DNA of 64,000 nucleotides from a virus. Taxonomy: Duplodnaviria > Caudoviricetes. The stretch is taken from IMG/VR virus record IMGVR_UViG_3300031949_000018, positions 16,495-80,494 of that record; one strand, given 5' to 3'. The notes below the pieces were generated by a model that saw nothing but the letters and a program-made list of their open reading frames with translations, searched no databases and had not been told where the DNA came from. Position 1 is the stretch's first letter; the number at the start of each line of letters is the position of its first letter. Positions 24,441 through 33,967 of the stretch are shown here, piece after piece. The position numbers were made by a program, and so were the translations under genes.

Positions 24441-24940
24441 CTGGCCTGGTGCTTAGAGTCGTCCAAGGCCGAGTGATACGTGCCCTGTCTCCCCACAGAG
24501 TCAGCGTCGAACCCAAGGACGTGGTACGCGGTTCGAGTGTCTCGGCACTCCCTAAAGTTCCACGGGGGTTTCTTCCCGAGGAATTCATAGGCCGTCGTTA
24601 GGATGGGAAAGTCGAACGCGGCGCCCTGGCACCATATCGTCTTGGCGCCCGTCTGGTGCCACCACCTGGATAGCTGATCGAGGGCATCTGGCAATGGTTT
24701 CTGGTCAACCTCGACGGCGTCTCTGGCGGCCTGTGACTGCTTCGTCCACCATTCCTCCACTCTCTTCTCGACGACTAGGCCCGCTTCCTCGCAGGAGGAC
24801 CTGGTGACGTTGGAATAGAACTCGTGCTTGAATTCTAGGGGACCGGAGGAGAAGGGATTGAACGACGCGGCCCCGATCGACCTTATGACCGACCAGGGCC
24901 TGACGCCAAGCGTCTCAATATCAATCATCACGTGAAGCAT
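24410..24940 (-). CDS. DEDDh 3'-5' exonuclease/exoribonuclease
   Basis: MIDIETLG..FDFPIL..RDTRT..HSALDD. Confidence 0.85.
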   Translation of the reverse strand: MLHVMIDIETLGVRPWSVIRSIGAASFNPFSSGPLEFKHEFYSNVTRSSCEEAGLVVEKRVEEWWTKQSQAARDAVEVDQKPLPDALDQLSRWWHQTGAKTIWCQGAAFDFPILTTAYEFLGKKPPWNFRECRDTRTAYHVLGFDADSVGRQGTYHSALDDSKHQARCLVAAIRRE

Positions 24941-24989
24941 AATAAAATTCCTATAACAGCGGGCCTGAAACTAACAGGCCGGCGTCGAT

Positions 24990-25202
24990 TTATTTTCCGG
25001 CGAGTTTAGTTATCGCGTCGCGGATGAACATCATGCCTACGCCGGTCGTGATGAGCACGTCCGGAGTGAGGTTAGGCCAGATCATCTTGGCAAAGTCGAC
25101 AACGAATGGGACCCCGATGGCTTCCGCCACACCGGCCGCGACCATCGCGACACCCATCCAGAACGTCTTAGAATTGAAGTTAAACATGGTAGTAAAATTC
25201 AT
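24990..25202 (-). CDS. Small two-TM protein, candidate holin
   Basis: Two hydrophobic segments; directly downstream of the endolysin, with a late promoter at 25232-25239. Confidence 0.5.
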   Translation of the reverse strand: MNFTTMFNFNSKTFWMGVAMVAAGVAEAIGVPFVVDFAKMIWPNLTPDVLITTGVGMMFIRDAITKLAGK

Positions 25203-25234
25203 CTTATTGCTCCTATTGGTATACCTGGGGCTAT

Positions 25235-25762
25235 TTATACCGGCGGCAGCAGGAAGAGGCTGGCGTCGTCGATCCTGCGGAGCTGAAGGCCCAGATATAC
25301 CCTCTGCTGCTGGGTGACTACGTCGGTCGAGGTATCCAACTTAGTGAACACTGGATATTCAGGCCCCTCGTAGTAGTGGACAAAGGCGTTGGCCGCCAGC
25401 TTCCGATAGTTCTTGACCTCAGGCTGGTTGAGCCAGTAGATGATGGCAGAGTTCCTCAGGGTGCCAGGGCCCCTGTTGTAGGCCACGTCCCAGAGGGCAC
25501 AAAACTCGTTGTCGTTGACCTCGACCTTGAGCATCTTCTCAATGATCGGGACCAGATACTGCAGGTCTGCCTCGAGGATGGCCAGGGCTTCCGCCTCGTC
25601 CTTGAGCACGGTGAATTCATCTACGAAGGGGAGGACCCCGGCGGCGTTGCCGTGGCCGAAACCTACGTGCCAGGAACCGTCCTTGTCCTTGTAGGCATTC
25701 TGCATGTAGAGTTCCCATCTCTTGATGAACTCCACCATGCGGGGAACCATAGCCCTAGCCAT
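25235..25762 (-). CDS. GH24 lysozyme (endolysin) with E-x8-D-x5-H triad
   Basis: FIKRWE-LYMQNAYK-D-KDGSW-H-VGFGH; EF.AL..VAYN.G.G. Confidence 0.8.
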   Translation of the reverse strand: MARAMVPRMVEFIKRWELYMQNAYKDKDGSWHVGFGHGNAAGVLPFVDEFTVLKDEAEALAILEADLQYLVPIIEKMLKVEVNDNEFCALWDVAYNRGPGTLRNSAIIYWLNQPEVKNYRKLAANAFVHYYEGPEYPVFTKLDTSTDVVTQQQRVYLGLQLRRIDDASLFLLPPV

Positions 25763-25918
25763 CTATCAGTTGTCCCTCGTCTGTGTAGCGCTTGATGACT
25801 GGATCGATGACGCGCATCATTCCACTCTCGGCTTCGATCAAGGTGTCAAAGTCCCCCATCAAGACATCATCCTTGGTCAGGCGCCACTTGCTATTGGGTC
25901 TCTGCTGGATCTGGAACA

Positions 25919-26422
25919 TCAGAGCCTGACATACTTTCCGAAGGCGTACTTGGCACCAGGGAGCCCCACAGACTTGGCCCAAGGGCCCGCGTCGAAGCAC
26001 GGGCACTCCTTCATGTACTCATTTTTCTCGATGAGCCCATCGTGATCGAGGTCCGGTGATAGGTCCCGGTGGCCGAGGATGACCGCGTTCGGATACCTCT
26101 TCAGAAGTCTCTTCAACACAATGATCAACGACGCCGTCTGTTCCGGGGTTCGAGTATCCTCAGGCTTGGCGGTGACGCTGTTGAGTCCTCCGACATAGGA
26201 TATGCCCATCGTGGTGTTGTTGAAGTCCTTGGCGTGGGCACCCACAGAGTCCAGCGGACGACGACCATCCCATATCTCACCTTTTATGCCGATGAGGTAG
26301 TGATAGCCGATGTCGCTGAACCCGCGGGCCTTGTGCATCTGACGAATGCTCGCGACGTTATACGCCTGCTTGGCCAAGGTGGCGGTGCAGTGCACTACGA
26401 TCGCGTCTGTTCGAACCCTCAC
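25919..26422 (-). CDS. N-acetylmuramoyl-L-alanine amidase (Amidase_2, T7 lysozyme-like)
   Basis: IVVHCTAT, DIGYHY, GAHAK, GISYVGG, ILGHRD and KECPCFD. Confidence 0.9.
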   Translation of the reverse strand: MRVRTDAIVVHCTATLAKQAYNVASIRQMHKARGFSDIGYHYLIGIKGEIWDGRRPLDSVGAHAKDFNNTTMGISYVGGLNSVTAKPEDTRTPEQTASLIIVLKRLLKRYPNAVILGHRDLSPDLDHDGLIEKNEYMKECPCFDAGPWAKSVGLPGAKYAFGKYVRL

Positions 26423-26703
26423 TTAATATCTTCCACGATTCCGGCGAGGCTTCCACCGACGTCTTCCGGGATGGCCAGATCAACCGCCGCCGAGACGTCT
26501 TCTACCGCCTTCTCAAAGTCAGCGAGTTGCTGCCCCAGATCTGCAACCTGGGCATTGAGGGTCACGATCATCTCTCCCCTCTTGTTGTACGCCGGAATGA
26601 GGCGGCTGATGATTGATTCGATAAGGCTAACTGTCTTCGGTGTCACTGGTTTTGTCTCCTTCTTGGGTTCAACTTTATGCTTATTCTTTCGCTTTAACCA
26701 CAT
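26419..26703 (-). CDS. Hypothetical coiled-coil protein
   Basis: Coupled to the amidase gene. Confidence 0.55.
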   Translation of the reverse strand: MWLKRKNKHKVEPKKETKPVTPKTVSLIESIISRLIPAYNKRGEMIVTLNAQVADLGQQLADFEKAVEDVSAAVDLAIPEDVGGSLAGIVEDIK

Positions 26704-27163
26704 CGGCTATGTTTCCTTCCTTTATCCTCTCGGCCTTGGCTACCCGCTGCCTGAGGTTGGTGCTACTCCACGAGTGCTCCCGTGGGGTGTACATCAGTTT
26801 CCTGTCTGTCAGTAATTCGGGTCCTCCCGTCAGAGGATCATTGTAAAGATTCTTGCCAGTGAAGTATTTATCCACGTACTCATATCCAACGAAGCGAATA
26901 TGAGGGATCGGGAGGGTGACCAGCAAATTTATTAAGTCGTCCTCTGACTCGTAGGGAATAATCTTATGAACCCTCTTTAGGCATTCGAGCTGGATGTATC
27001 TCTCGTAGACGGTCTGGATCGGGGCGTTCTTCTCAGGGCGGTCCGGGACCTGCGTCTGGAGCCCGACCCAGAGTGAGTCGCAGTGTTGGGCCGCGTACTC
27101 GAGCATCTTAACATGGCCGGCATGGAGTAGATCGAAGGTAGAGCAGGTGAATCCTATTAGCAT
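26681..27163 (-). CDS. Cytidylyltransferase (TagD-like, HxGH)
   Basis: FTCSTFDLLHAGH..LWVGLQ..RY..L..IIPY..R.H.WSSTNLR. Confidence 0.85.
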   Translation of the reverse strand: MLIGFTCSTFDLLHAGHVKMLEYAAQHCDSLWVGLQTQVPDRPEKNAPIQTVYERYIQLECLKRVHKIIPYESEDDLINLLVTLPIPHIRFVGYEYVDKYFTGKNLYNDPLTGGPELLTDRKLMYTPREHSWSSTNLRQRVAKAERIKEGNIADVVKAKE

Positions 27164-27176
27164 GATGAACTCTTTA

Positions 27177-27491
27177 CTAGCTGTTTCTCTTCTTCTTGGG
27201 AATAGCGGCGGTGAACTCCGACAGGTTCTTAGTCTTTACCCCGACCACCTCTGAGAGGAAGTTGTCCGTCACCGCGTCGGTAAACTCGGAAAGATTCTCC
27301 TTCTTGGCAGGCTTCTCGAGCACGGCCAGGATCTCATCGTGTGTGACTTCTTTCATGGAATTCCCTTCACATGGTAAGTGATTCTTGTTGAAGAATGTCT
27401 TGCTGCAGTAGTCGCAGAAGAAGGTGCCGTCTTCCCAACCCTTACTTATCCTGCAGGCAACTCGTCCATCGATCATAGCTGGCATCAGCAA
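27177..27491 (-). CDS. Hypothetical protein
   Basis: CDYC motif; repeated NLSEFT.A. Confidence 0.5.
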   Translation of the reverse strand: MLMPAMIDGRVACRISKGWEDGTFFCDYCSKTFFNKNHLPCEGNSMKEVTHDEILAVLEKPAKKENLSEFTDAVTDNFLSEVVGVKTKNLSEFTAAIPKKKRNS

Positions 27492-27506
27492 TCTCCTTTG
27501 GGGTAT

Positions 27507-28172
27507 TTATGCAAAGAAGTTGCCCAAGGTCTGGGTCGGCGACTCCCGTTCCTTCCACTGGCGGAACATCTCCTTGCCGTCTATCCACTTAAGCTCGGTT
27601 GGGCCGACGTGTTTCTTGTCCCAGACGTACCATGCATAGGGTATCATCCCGCCGGCCTCGGGCTCGGTGAGGAAGCGGTTTTCATCGGCGCTGAACCGGG
27701 TTGAGAGGACAAACACACGGGAAGGAGGTATCTCGGTAAACATCTTATATCTACCCTGGCTCTCCATGAACGCCAGGCGGCAGATGACTGCGACGTAGGG
27801 TTTCTGGTGAACCTGGACGGCGTGGCGGATGAAGGCCTCCGCCAGGTTCTTGGCGTATGGTGGATTAGTAATGATGGCCGTGGTTGGTTCTCCTTCCTGC
27901 TTCTCAGTCTGCAGGAAATCTATTCCGACGACGCAGCGATTGAAGTCGTACTTATAGAGGTCCGTGGCTATGACGTTCCTGTCGTGTTTCTCGAGTTCCT
28001 TAACCATCCATCCGTTGCCGCAGGCGGGCTCCCAGATCGTCTTTGGGATGTTGTGGCCGTCAGTCTTCATCAGGGCATAGGTGACCCACGGCGCGGTGGC
28101 GTAGTGATCGTTCTCATTACGCCCGTTGTCGTGGGAGCGATGATACATCGTGGCAAAGCCTTTGAGTGTCAT
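27507..28172 (-). CDS. Amino (N6A/N4C-type) DNA methyltransferase-like protein
   Basis: IWEPACGNG (SAM-binding) and IITNPPY. Confidence 0.8.
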   Translation of the reverse strand: MTLKGFATMYHRSHDNGRNENDHYATAPWVTYALMKTDGHNIPKTIWEPACGNGWMVKELEKHDRNVIATDLYKYDFNRCVVGIDFLQTEKQEGEPTTAIITNPPYAKNLAEAFIRHAVQVHQKPYVAVICRLAFMESQGRYKMFTEIPPSRVFVLSTRFSADENRFLTEPEAGGMIPYAWYVWDKKHVGPTELKWIDGKEMFRQWKERESPTQTLGNFFA

Positions 28173-29863
28173 ATCATCCTACTGAAGTTCTTGTGCTTCT
28201 CGAAGTGTATGATCCGATCGAACTTGTCGCTGATCTGATCGTTCCTGTGGCTTATGATGATGGCATTGGTGTCCTCGGTCAGCTTCCCAAGGAGCTTGGT
28301 GAAATCCTCCGCCCCAGCGGTGTCGAGTGAGCTGTCAAAGATCTCGTCCATTATGACTATGTTGGTGGCGGCGGAGTTCCGCATCTTAGCTATCGCCCTC
28401 CAGGTGAACAGGATGGCGAGGTCGATTCTCTGCTTCTCCCCCTCGCTAAACGAGTGATAGGTGAAGTCGTCGCGGTGACGGGCAAGGATCCTCTCGTTGA
28501 ACTCCTCGTCCAGCTCGAAAGACGTGAAGAAGTCCAGCGCGGCGAGGTACTTGTTGATGAGCTTGTTGATGATGGGGATATATTGCCTGACGATCATCGC
28601 CTTGACCCCAGAGTCCTTCAAGAGGCCTGAGACCATGGCCTCTACCTCCCTTGACTTCATCAGCTCGCCCCTGTTCTTGTCGAGGAGCTCTAGGTTGGTC
28701 TTGAGCTCGGCGAGATCCGAGTTAGCCCTGTTGGTGACCTTGGACGCGGCGGCCATCTCTTTCCTGGCGTATGCTATGTCCGAGTCGATACCCGTCATCA
28801 TCCTCTTCGCCATCGCCACGTCGGACACTATCTGCTGAAGCCTATGGGTCTTCTTGATGTTCTCGTCGACAAGGATCTTGAGCTCAGCAATCTTCTTGGT
28901 GAGTTCCGTGCCCTCGACGGTGAGCAGTTCGATCTCTAGCCGATAGCCCTCGAGCGAGGTATGCTTATGGTCAGCGGTGATGTCCTGCTCACACGTAGGA
29001 CACGAGTTGTTCTTCTCGAAGAACCCGAGTCGATCCGTGGCGTGGGACTTAGATGAGCGTACCCCAGCTAGTTTATCCTTAGCCGCCTCGTACTCCTTGG
29101 CGTAGGCGTCTGTGACGAGCAGCTTAAGACTCGCCGATTCCTCCATCAGCTTCAACCCGTCGGCCGCGGTCTTCGTCTTCTTATCCTCAAGCTCGGCGAT
29201 GCGATCCTCTATCTGCTTTATCCTCTCCTTGCGATCCTCCTCCATCACCCGATCAAACCCCTCCTGCATGGTGATCATCTCCACGAGGGGAACCCTCTTG
29301 CTGTCTGCCTCCCTGAGCTCCCTGGTGGTTGCCTCGGCACGGCCCTTGAGGAGGTTGTTCATGGCGCTGATGAACTTGATGTCTAGGATGTCCTCGAGTA
29401 TCTCCCGGCGGTGGCCCGCCGGCAGGTCCATGAACTGAACGAACGTTGCCCCGAGGACGACGACCTGCATGCAGGCACGGTGGTTGATCTTGAGGATGTT
29501 CCTCTCTAGGTATTCCTGAAGATCCGTCATGGAGCCGTGTTGGTCGAGCATCAATCCATCCTGCCACACCTCGAACACATTAGGCTTCATTCCCCTCCTG
29601 ACGAGATAGGCGACGTCGCCGATGGTGAATTCACACTCGACGAGCATGTCTTTCTTGTTGATGGAGTTGGGGAGCTGGGGCTTCGTCACCTTGCGGAACG
29701 GCTTGCCGTAGAGGACAAACGATAGGGCATCGAGGAGGGTCGATTTTCCTCCTCCGTTGTAGCCGATGATGAGGGTGGTACCCCTCGCGGCCAGGTCGAT
29801 CTCTGTGAAGACGTTTCCTGTCGATAACAAATTTTTCCATCTAATCAGCCCAAACTTAAGCAC
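28169..29863 (-). CDS. gp46: Recombination endonuclease ATPase subunit (Rad50/SbcC-like)
   Basis: GYNGGGKST, CPTC hook, FSEGEKQRI and IVIMDEIFD. Confidence 0.96.
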   Translation of the reverse strand: MLKFGLIRWKNLLSTGNVFTEIDLAARGTTLIIGYNGGGKSTLLDALSFVLYGKPFRKVTKPQLPNSINKKDMLVECEFTIGDVAYLVRRGMKPNVFEVWQDGLMLDQHGSMTDLQEYLERNILKINHRACMQVVVLGATFVQFMDLPAGHRREILEDILDIKFISAMNNLLKGRAEATTRELREADSKRVPLVEMITMQEGFDRVMEEDRKERIKQIEDRIAELEDKKTKTAADGLKLMEESASLKLLVTDAYAKEYEAAKDKLAGVRSSKSHATDRLGFFEKNNSCPTCEQDITADHKHTSLEGYRLEIELLTVEGTELTKKIAELKILVDENIKKTHRLQQIVSDVAMAKRMMTGIDSDIAYARKEMAAASKVTNRANSDLAELKTNLELLDKNRGELMKSREVEAMVSGLLKDSGVKAMIVRQYIPIINKLINKYLAALDFFTSFELDEEFNERILARHRDDFTYHSFSEGEKQRIDLAILFTWRAIAKMRNSAATNIVIMDEIFDSSLDTAGAEDFTKLLGKLTEDTNAIIISHRNDQISDKFDRIIHFEKHKNFSRMI

Positions 29864-30333
29864 TTCTTGCCCTTCCTAACATTATCAACCCAAGGGATCA
29901 CTTGAAGGTTTTCCTTTTTCGCAAGTTCAGATGGGGCTATCTTGTTATCAAAACCATATCGTATAGAAATTTTATGATCTAAGTGATAGGCATTAAGCGT
30001 TCCGGCCACAGCTCTTGTATATCTATTAGGATTGATCTCATTTTCATAAAGTGCATACGTTTTTTTCGTTAGCCGATGCACTTTTCCAGCATAAACCCTA
30101 AGCTCTGGCATATCATCTTTTCTTAGAGACTTACTATAAGCCTCTGTTTTCATATAAGATTTGTCGATAGCTTTCAATTTTTTGATATAAGCCGGATTCT
30201 TATACATACACTTTCTTGAACACGTTTGTCTACAAGAAGGAGAGGCTGGAACCAACCAGAAGGGTTTGCCACACACTAAACACGCCACATATCTTCCAGT
30301 TTTTATTCCTGGTATGCCTTTAGGTCTAGCCAC
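29845..30333 (-). mobile_element. HNH homing endonuclease-like gene (low GC)
   Basis: CxxC..CSRKC zinc finger; HLDHKI..NLQ..DNVRKG. Confidence 0.7.
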
Positions 30334-30686
30334 TATTCCGTCTTAACTGTCACCGTGAATATGTCGTCGATGGAGACTCCGAGCAAGGTCGCCATCTTCC
30401 TCATGAACTCTACCTTGTCATCCATCTCGCAGTGGGGCTCGTTGTTCTGCTCATCGTAGATCTTAGCCCTCTTCAACAGAGCCTTCATGTCGATGAACTC
30501 CTTCTTGAGCTGTTCCATCAGCTCCTTGTTCGCCTCGATCTGCTTCTTGAGCTCATCAAACTCGTAGCGATTAATCGTCGCGTTGGGATAATAATACGGT
30601 AACGTATAACCCCCGGCGGCGCCGGGGCCTGGCAGCGTCGTCCACTTATCTTTGTAGTGATCGGTTATCATAGATACTGTGCACAT
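30333..30686 (-). CDS. Hypothetical protein
   Basis: MCTVSMI.DHY..; coiled coil. Confidence 0.65.
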   Translation of the reverse strand: MCTVSMITDHYKDKWTTLPGPGAAGGYTLPYYYPNATINRYEFDELKKQIEANKELMEQLKKEFIDMKALLKRAKIYDEQNNEPHCEMDDKVEFMRKMATLLGVSIDDIFTVTVKTE

Positions 30687-30694
30687 TGTATTTC

Positions 30695-31765
30695 CTATTC
30701 TAGAGACATCGCCTCTGCATATAAATTACGGGCCAGGACCTTTGCCGCATCCGCGAGGTCAGGCCTACCTTCTCTATCTATCAGGTTTTCTATGAGGGCC
30801 ATCGTATCACCTAGGTCGACCGTGAGGTCCGCATCGGCGACGTCGTCGGCGTGGTAGTGATCATCCACCACCTGTAGATCCTTTATCCCCGCCGACTCGA
30901 GCCTATCAACGACGCGGTCGAACAATAGCGCGTCTGTTTTCTCCCGCACTATCAGCTTGACGAACTTGCCCGAGGCATCCACCTCCTCTATGGCCCTCAT
31001 GATCTTGTCGGCAGAGTCGACCTTGTCGTCGTAGTGAATCTTGCAGTGGGTCTCAAAGGGGTTACGGATGAATTCCAGGTCTAGGCTCTCGGTGTCGAAT
31101 ATACTGAAGCCGCGATCATCGTCAAAGTCGCTCCAGGTATATTGGCCCGTGGCACCGACGTAGGTAATGTTGCCTTTCTGGGACCTCGTGTGATAGTGCC
31201 CGCTGAGCACGGTATCGAACTTGTCGAAATCCCTTGGGTCGAGGCCGCCGTGGCCGACCACCCCACGGTACATATTAAAGCCGGTGAACTCGAGGTGGCC
31301 CATGCATATCTTGGACTTCGAGGCGGCTGTGATCGCCATGGCCGAGGTCTTCTTGTTCTTGTCGTCGGGGATCCATGGCATCATAAGCACCCTGAGCCCG
31401 TAGAGCTCGATCTCCCTGGGTTCGGGATAGATGTGGAATCCATCGACGGAACCGTAGAACGTCTCGACCGAGTTAAGGGCGTTGGTATTCTTGTGATACG
31501 AGTCGTGGTTGCCGACTAGGGTATGAACATCGAGCTTCCTGTCGATGAGTGGTTGGGTCATCTCCTCCCAGGCGACGTTGACCGTGTTGATGTTGGCGTA
31601 CTTCTTTCGGTCGAATACATCCCCGAGGTGGACCACCGTCTTGATCCCTCTCGCGTCGATCTCTGGAAAAAACACCTTCCTGAAGAACATCACCTGGGAC
31701 TCTAGCATCGCCGGGTGATCGTTGCGACTTCCCCAGTGGGTGTCGGCGATAATCGCTACCTTCAT
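30695..31765 (-). CDS. gp47: Recombination endonuclease nuclease subunit (Mre11/SbcD-like)
   Basis: IADTHWG, HLGDVFD, GNHD, GHLE and SGHYH. Confidence 0.96.
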   Translation of the reverse strand: MKVAIIADTHWGSRNDHPAMLESQVMFFRKVFFPEIDARGIKTVVHLGDVFDRKKYANINTVNVAWEEMTQPLIDRKLDVHTLVGNHDSYHKNTNALNSVETFYGSVDGFHIYPEPREIELYGLRVLMMPWIPDDKNKKTSAMAITAASKSKICMGHLEFTGFNMYRGVVGHGGLDPRDFDKFDTVLSGHYHTRSQKGNITYVGATGQYTWSDFDDDRGFSIFDTESLDLEFIRNPFETHCKIHYDDKVDSADKIMRAIEEVDASGKFVKLIVREKTDALLFDRVVDRLESAGIKDLQVVDDHYHADDVADADLTVDLGDTMALIENLIDREGRPDLADAAKVLARNLYAEAMSLE

Positions 31766-32322
31766 AGTGCCTCGTCTCCCCAGACATCCCATCCATCAAT
31801 GGCGCCTCTTGCAAACATCTCTAATCGCGGTACGTTACCAAATAGAATCTCAATTCTCTTTCTGACTTCTTCTGGTTTGCGGCTATGCTCAATGCGTTTA
31901 TCTATAACCAGTTGACGAACATTTTTGGCTAATCGCTTTGGTGAACCCCTCGTTCCCAAGAGGCAAAGTTCTACGTTACCCATCGTCCATTGGCCCAAAT
32001 TAGCAACTTCTTTTCCAGTAACGGTAATCTTGGACCAACAAAACGCAACGGTCTTAAATCTAAATCCCCATGATTTCATAACATCTAAAGCATCAGGCAA
32101 AAACGGTGAAGTCGCCCACATCAACAATACACAATCCTTAGAAGAAATTTGTTTAACGGGAAGCAACTTTATTGCTTCCAGCGTCATAGTCTCATATCTA
32201 CCTGCCTCAGGGGCAAACGATCCCTTGATAGAGATCTTATTTGGGTTTTTGCCAAATCCTTTATCAGAATATGACCAAGGAGGATCTGCATAGATGACGT
32301 TATATTTTTTATCGCTAATCAT
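31762..32322 (-). CDS. MT-A70 family adenine methyltransferase (low-GC insert)
   Basis: YADPPW, YETM, LMWAT, HSRKP and EMFAR. Confidence 0.9.
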   Translation of the reverse strand: MISDKKYNVIYADPPWSYSDKGFGKNPNKISIKGSFAPEAGRYETMTLEAIKLLPVKQISSKDCVLLMWATSPFLPDALDVMKSWGFRFKTVAFCWSKITVTGKEVANLGQWTMGNVELCLLGTRGSPKRLAKNVRQLVIDKRIEHSRKPEEVRKRIEILFGNVPRLEMFARGAIDGWDVWGDEAL

Positions 32323-32753
32323 GCCCCGCTCTTGAACTTGCACCAGTCAATCATGGACTTGATGATGAAGTTGCGATTGCTCACCGCCCTCACTATGTTA
32401 TCTAGGACGTCCACCTTCTCTTGCTGGATGGCTATGCGGAGCTTCATCTCGATGATGTCTTTATCCGCCTTCAGTGCCTGGAAGATCTGTTCCTTCATAT
32501 ACTTCCTCGGCTCTGGTTGCCAACCCCACTTGGCGAGATCCTCCTGGGTCATCTTCCCGGAGAGTCGATCAATCTTGGCGTTCTCCAGTTCGTCGTGTTC
32601 GTGCTGAATCTTCTTCAGCTGCATCCGCTCGTCACTCATGTAGCGAAGATACTTGGCATGGAGAAGTGGGATGTTCCTGGCGACCGTGTCGAGTTCCGTC
32701 TGGTCGATCACGGCATCCGCCGCCCATTCCCGATGGATGTCTTCCAGCTTCAC
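32319..32753 (-). CDS. uvsY: UvsY recombination mediator
   Basis: W..D..ID..ELD..A.NIP.LHAKY..R.F.IK.MIDW.KF..G; probable GTG start at 32753. Confidence 0.85.
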   Translation of the reverse strand: MKLEDIHREWAADAVIDQTELDTVARNIPLLHAKYLRYMSDERMQLKKIQHEHDELENAKIDRLSGKMTQEDLAKWGWQPEPRKYMKEQIFQALKADKDIIEMKLRIAIQQEKVDVLDNIVRAVSNRNFIIKSMIDWCKFKSGA

Positions 32754-33316
32754 TTCTGCACCCCAGCCTTGACCCTGGCCTTCTTGGTTCGCCACGTCCC
32801 GATGGGTTTCTTTCCGGCTTCAACAGGGTTCTCGATGGAGTTAACGAGACTCATCATGTATGGGTTGGTGAGTATGTCGTCGAGGGGCATCGTCTCCTCC
32901 CCACCCTGCATCTGGAACTCGATCGATGGCTTCATCATCTCGGCCAGCTTGTACTTGATGTAGAGGCCCTTCTTTTCCTTCTGGATGCGGCGGATGAAGG
33001 CATAGTATATGACTATGGAAAAGTAGCCGAAGGGGTTGGAGGTCTTCTCTGTGTTGAAGCTGTAGACCGCCGCCGTGGCGTTCTCCAGGGCGTCCGCCAC
33101 CATCTCGTCATTATATGAATAGTGGGCGAAGTTATACTTCGTGGCCATCCGGGTGGCTATGTAGAAGAGGCATTCCCCGATATACTCTGGGATCCGGGGC
33201 TTCTCCTTGCCCGCCACCTCGGCATCTTCACACTCGGTTCGCCACTTCACCAGGGCGGTGTACATGGCCTTGTTATCAATATAATAGTTCTTCTGTGGCT
33301 TGGTCATCCGACTCAC
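32750..33316 (-). CDS. gp55: Late-transcription sigma factor
   Basis: NYYIDNK..IPEYIGEC..NF..YSY..EMVAD..NPF.YF..I.Y.AF.RRI.KEKK. Confidence 0.93.
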   Translation of the reverse strand: MSRMTKPQKNYYIDNKAMYTALVKWRTECEDAEVAGKEKPRIPEYIGECLFYIATRMATKYNFAHYSYNDEMVADALENATAAVYSFNTEKTSNPFGYFSIVIYYAFIRRIQKEKKGLYIKYKLAEMMKPSIEFQMQGGEETMPLDDILTNPYMMSLVNSIENPVEAGKKPIGTWRTKKARVKAGVQK

Positions 33317-33367
33317 GCTATCCGACCAATCCTGGTCTCACTACCATTTAGGCACTAGGGCGATACA

Positions 33368-33613
33368 ATGTCAAAGCCACCGGAAGATTTATTTTTCAAG
33401 AAGGAGATAGGTAGGTGGGTCTGCGGCTACTATTCTGTTTGCACCCAATTCAGCCCAAGCCACTGGCAAGATTATTGGTTGGTGAAGATCCTTCCAGACG
33501 CACCTGGAAAGTCAGGGATGGGGATGGTCGTTCTTCTATATGAACTGACGGATCGGCGAGACGTCGAATATCGTCAAATCCCGTGTAGCACTTTTTTCTC
33601 GCGCTGGCCTTGA
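33368..33613 (+). CDS. Hypothetical protein, paralog A of a plus-strand triplet
   Basis: W-x11-SPSHW...IPCSTF motif shared with the two following ORFs. Confidence 0.6.
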   Translation: MSKPPEDLFFKKEIGRWVCGYYSVCTQFSPSHWQDYWLVKILPDAPGKSGMGMVVLLYELTDRRDVEYRQIPCSTFFSRWP

Positions 33614-33706
33614 CACCTGCCTAAAACTGTGGTACTAAGAAAAGAGTCCTTCGGGCATATAGATATACCCTCCGGGCCGGTCAGTGTATTCTAGAGGGAG
33701 GAGACA

Positions 33707-33967
33707 GTGGGCCAGAAGCGGTACCAACTGGGTCAGCGCAGCATAGACAAAGATATCTTCATGATAGAGCGATGACAAGTCCTGATCGAGAGGGAGGATT
33801 GGCATGGCATCTATGGGGACATCAACTACGAGTATAGTCCTGAACACTATCTGGAGCTCTGTAAATTTTGGCACCAGACCTTCCATGAGGGGAGAATCGT
33901 CCACGTGCGCCGCAATGCCACCTTAGATAGTGAGGTTCGGCGCTTGCCGTGTGAGGACTTCCTATGA
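33707..33967 (+). CDS. Paralog B, interrupted by an in-frame UGA at codon 23 (readthrough candidate or pseudogene)
   Basis: GGAGG SD 5 nt before GTG 33707; TGA at 33773-33775; same frame continues QVLIEREDWHG..YSPEHY..LPCEDFL to a TGA overlapping the ATG of paralog C. Confidence 0.55.
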
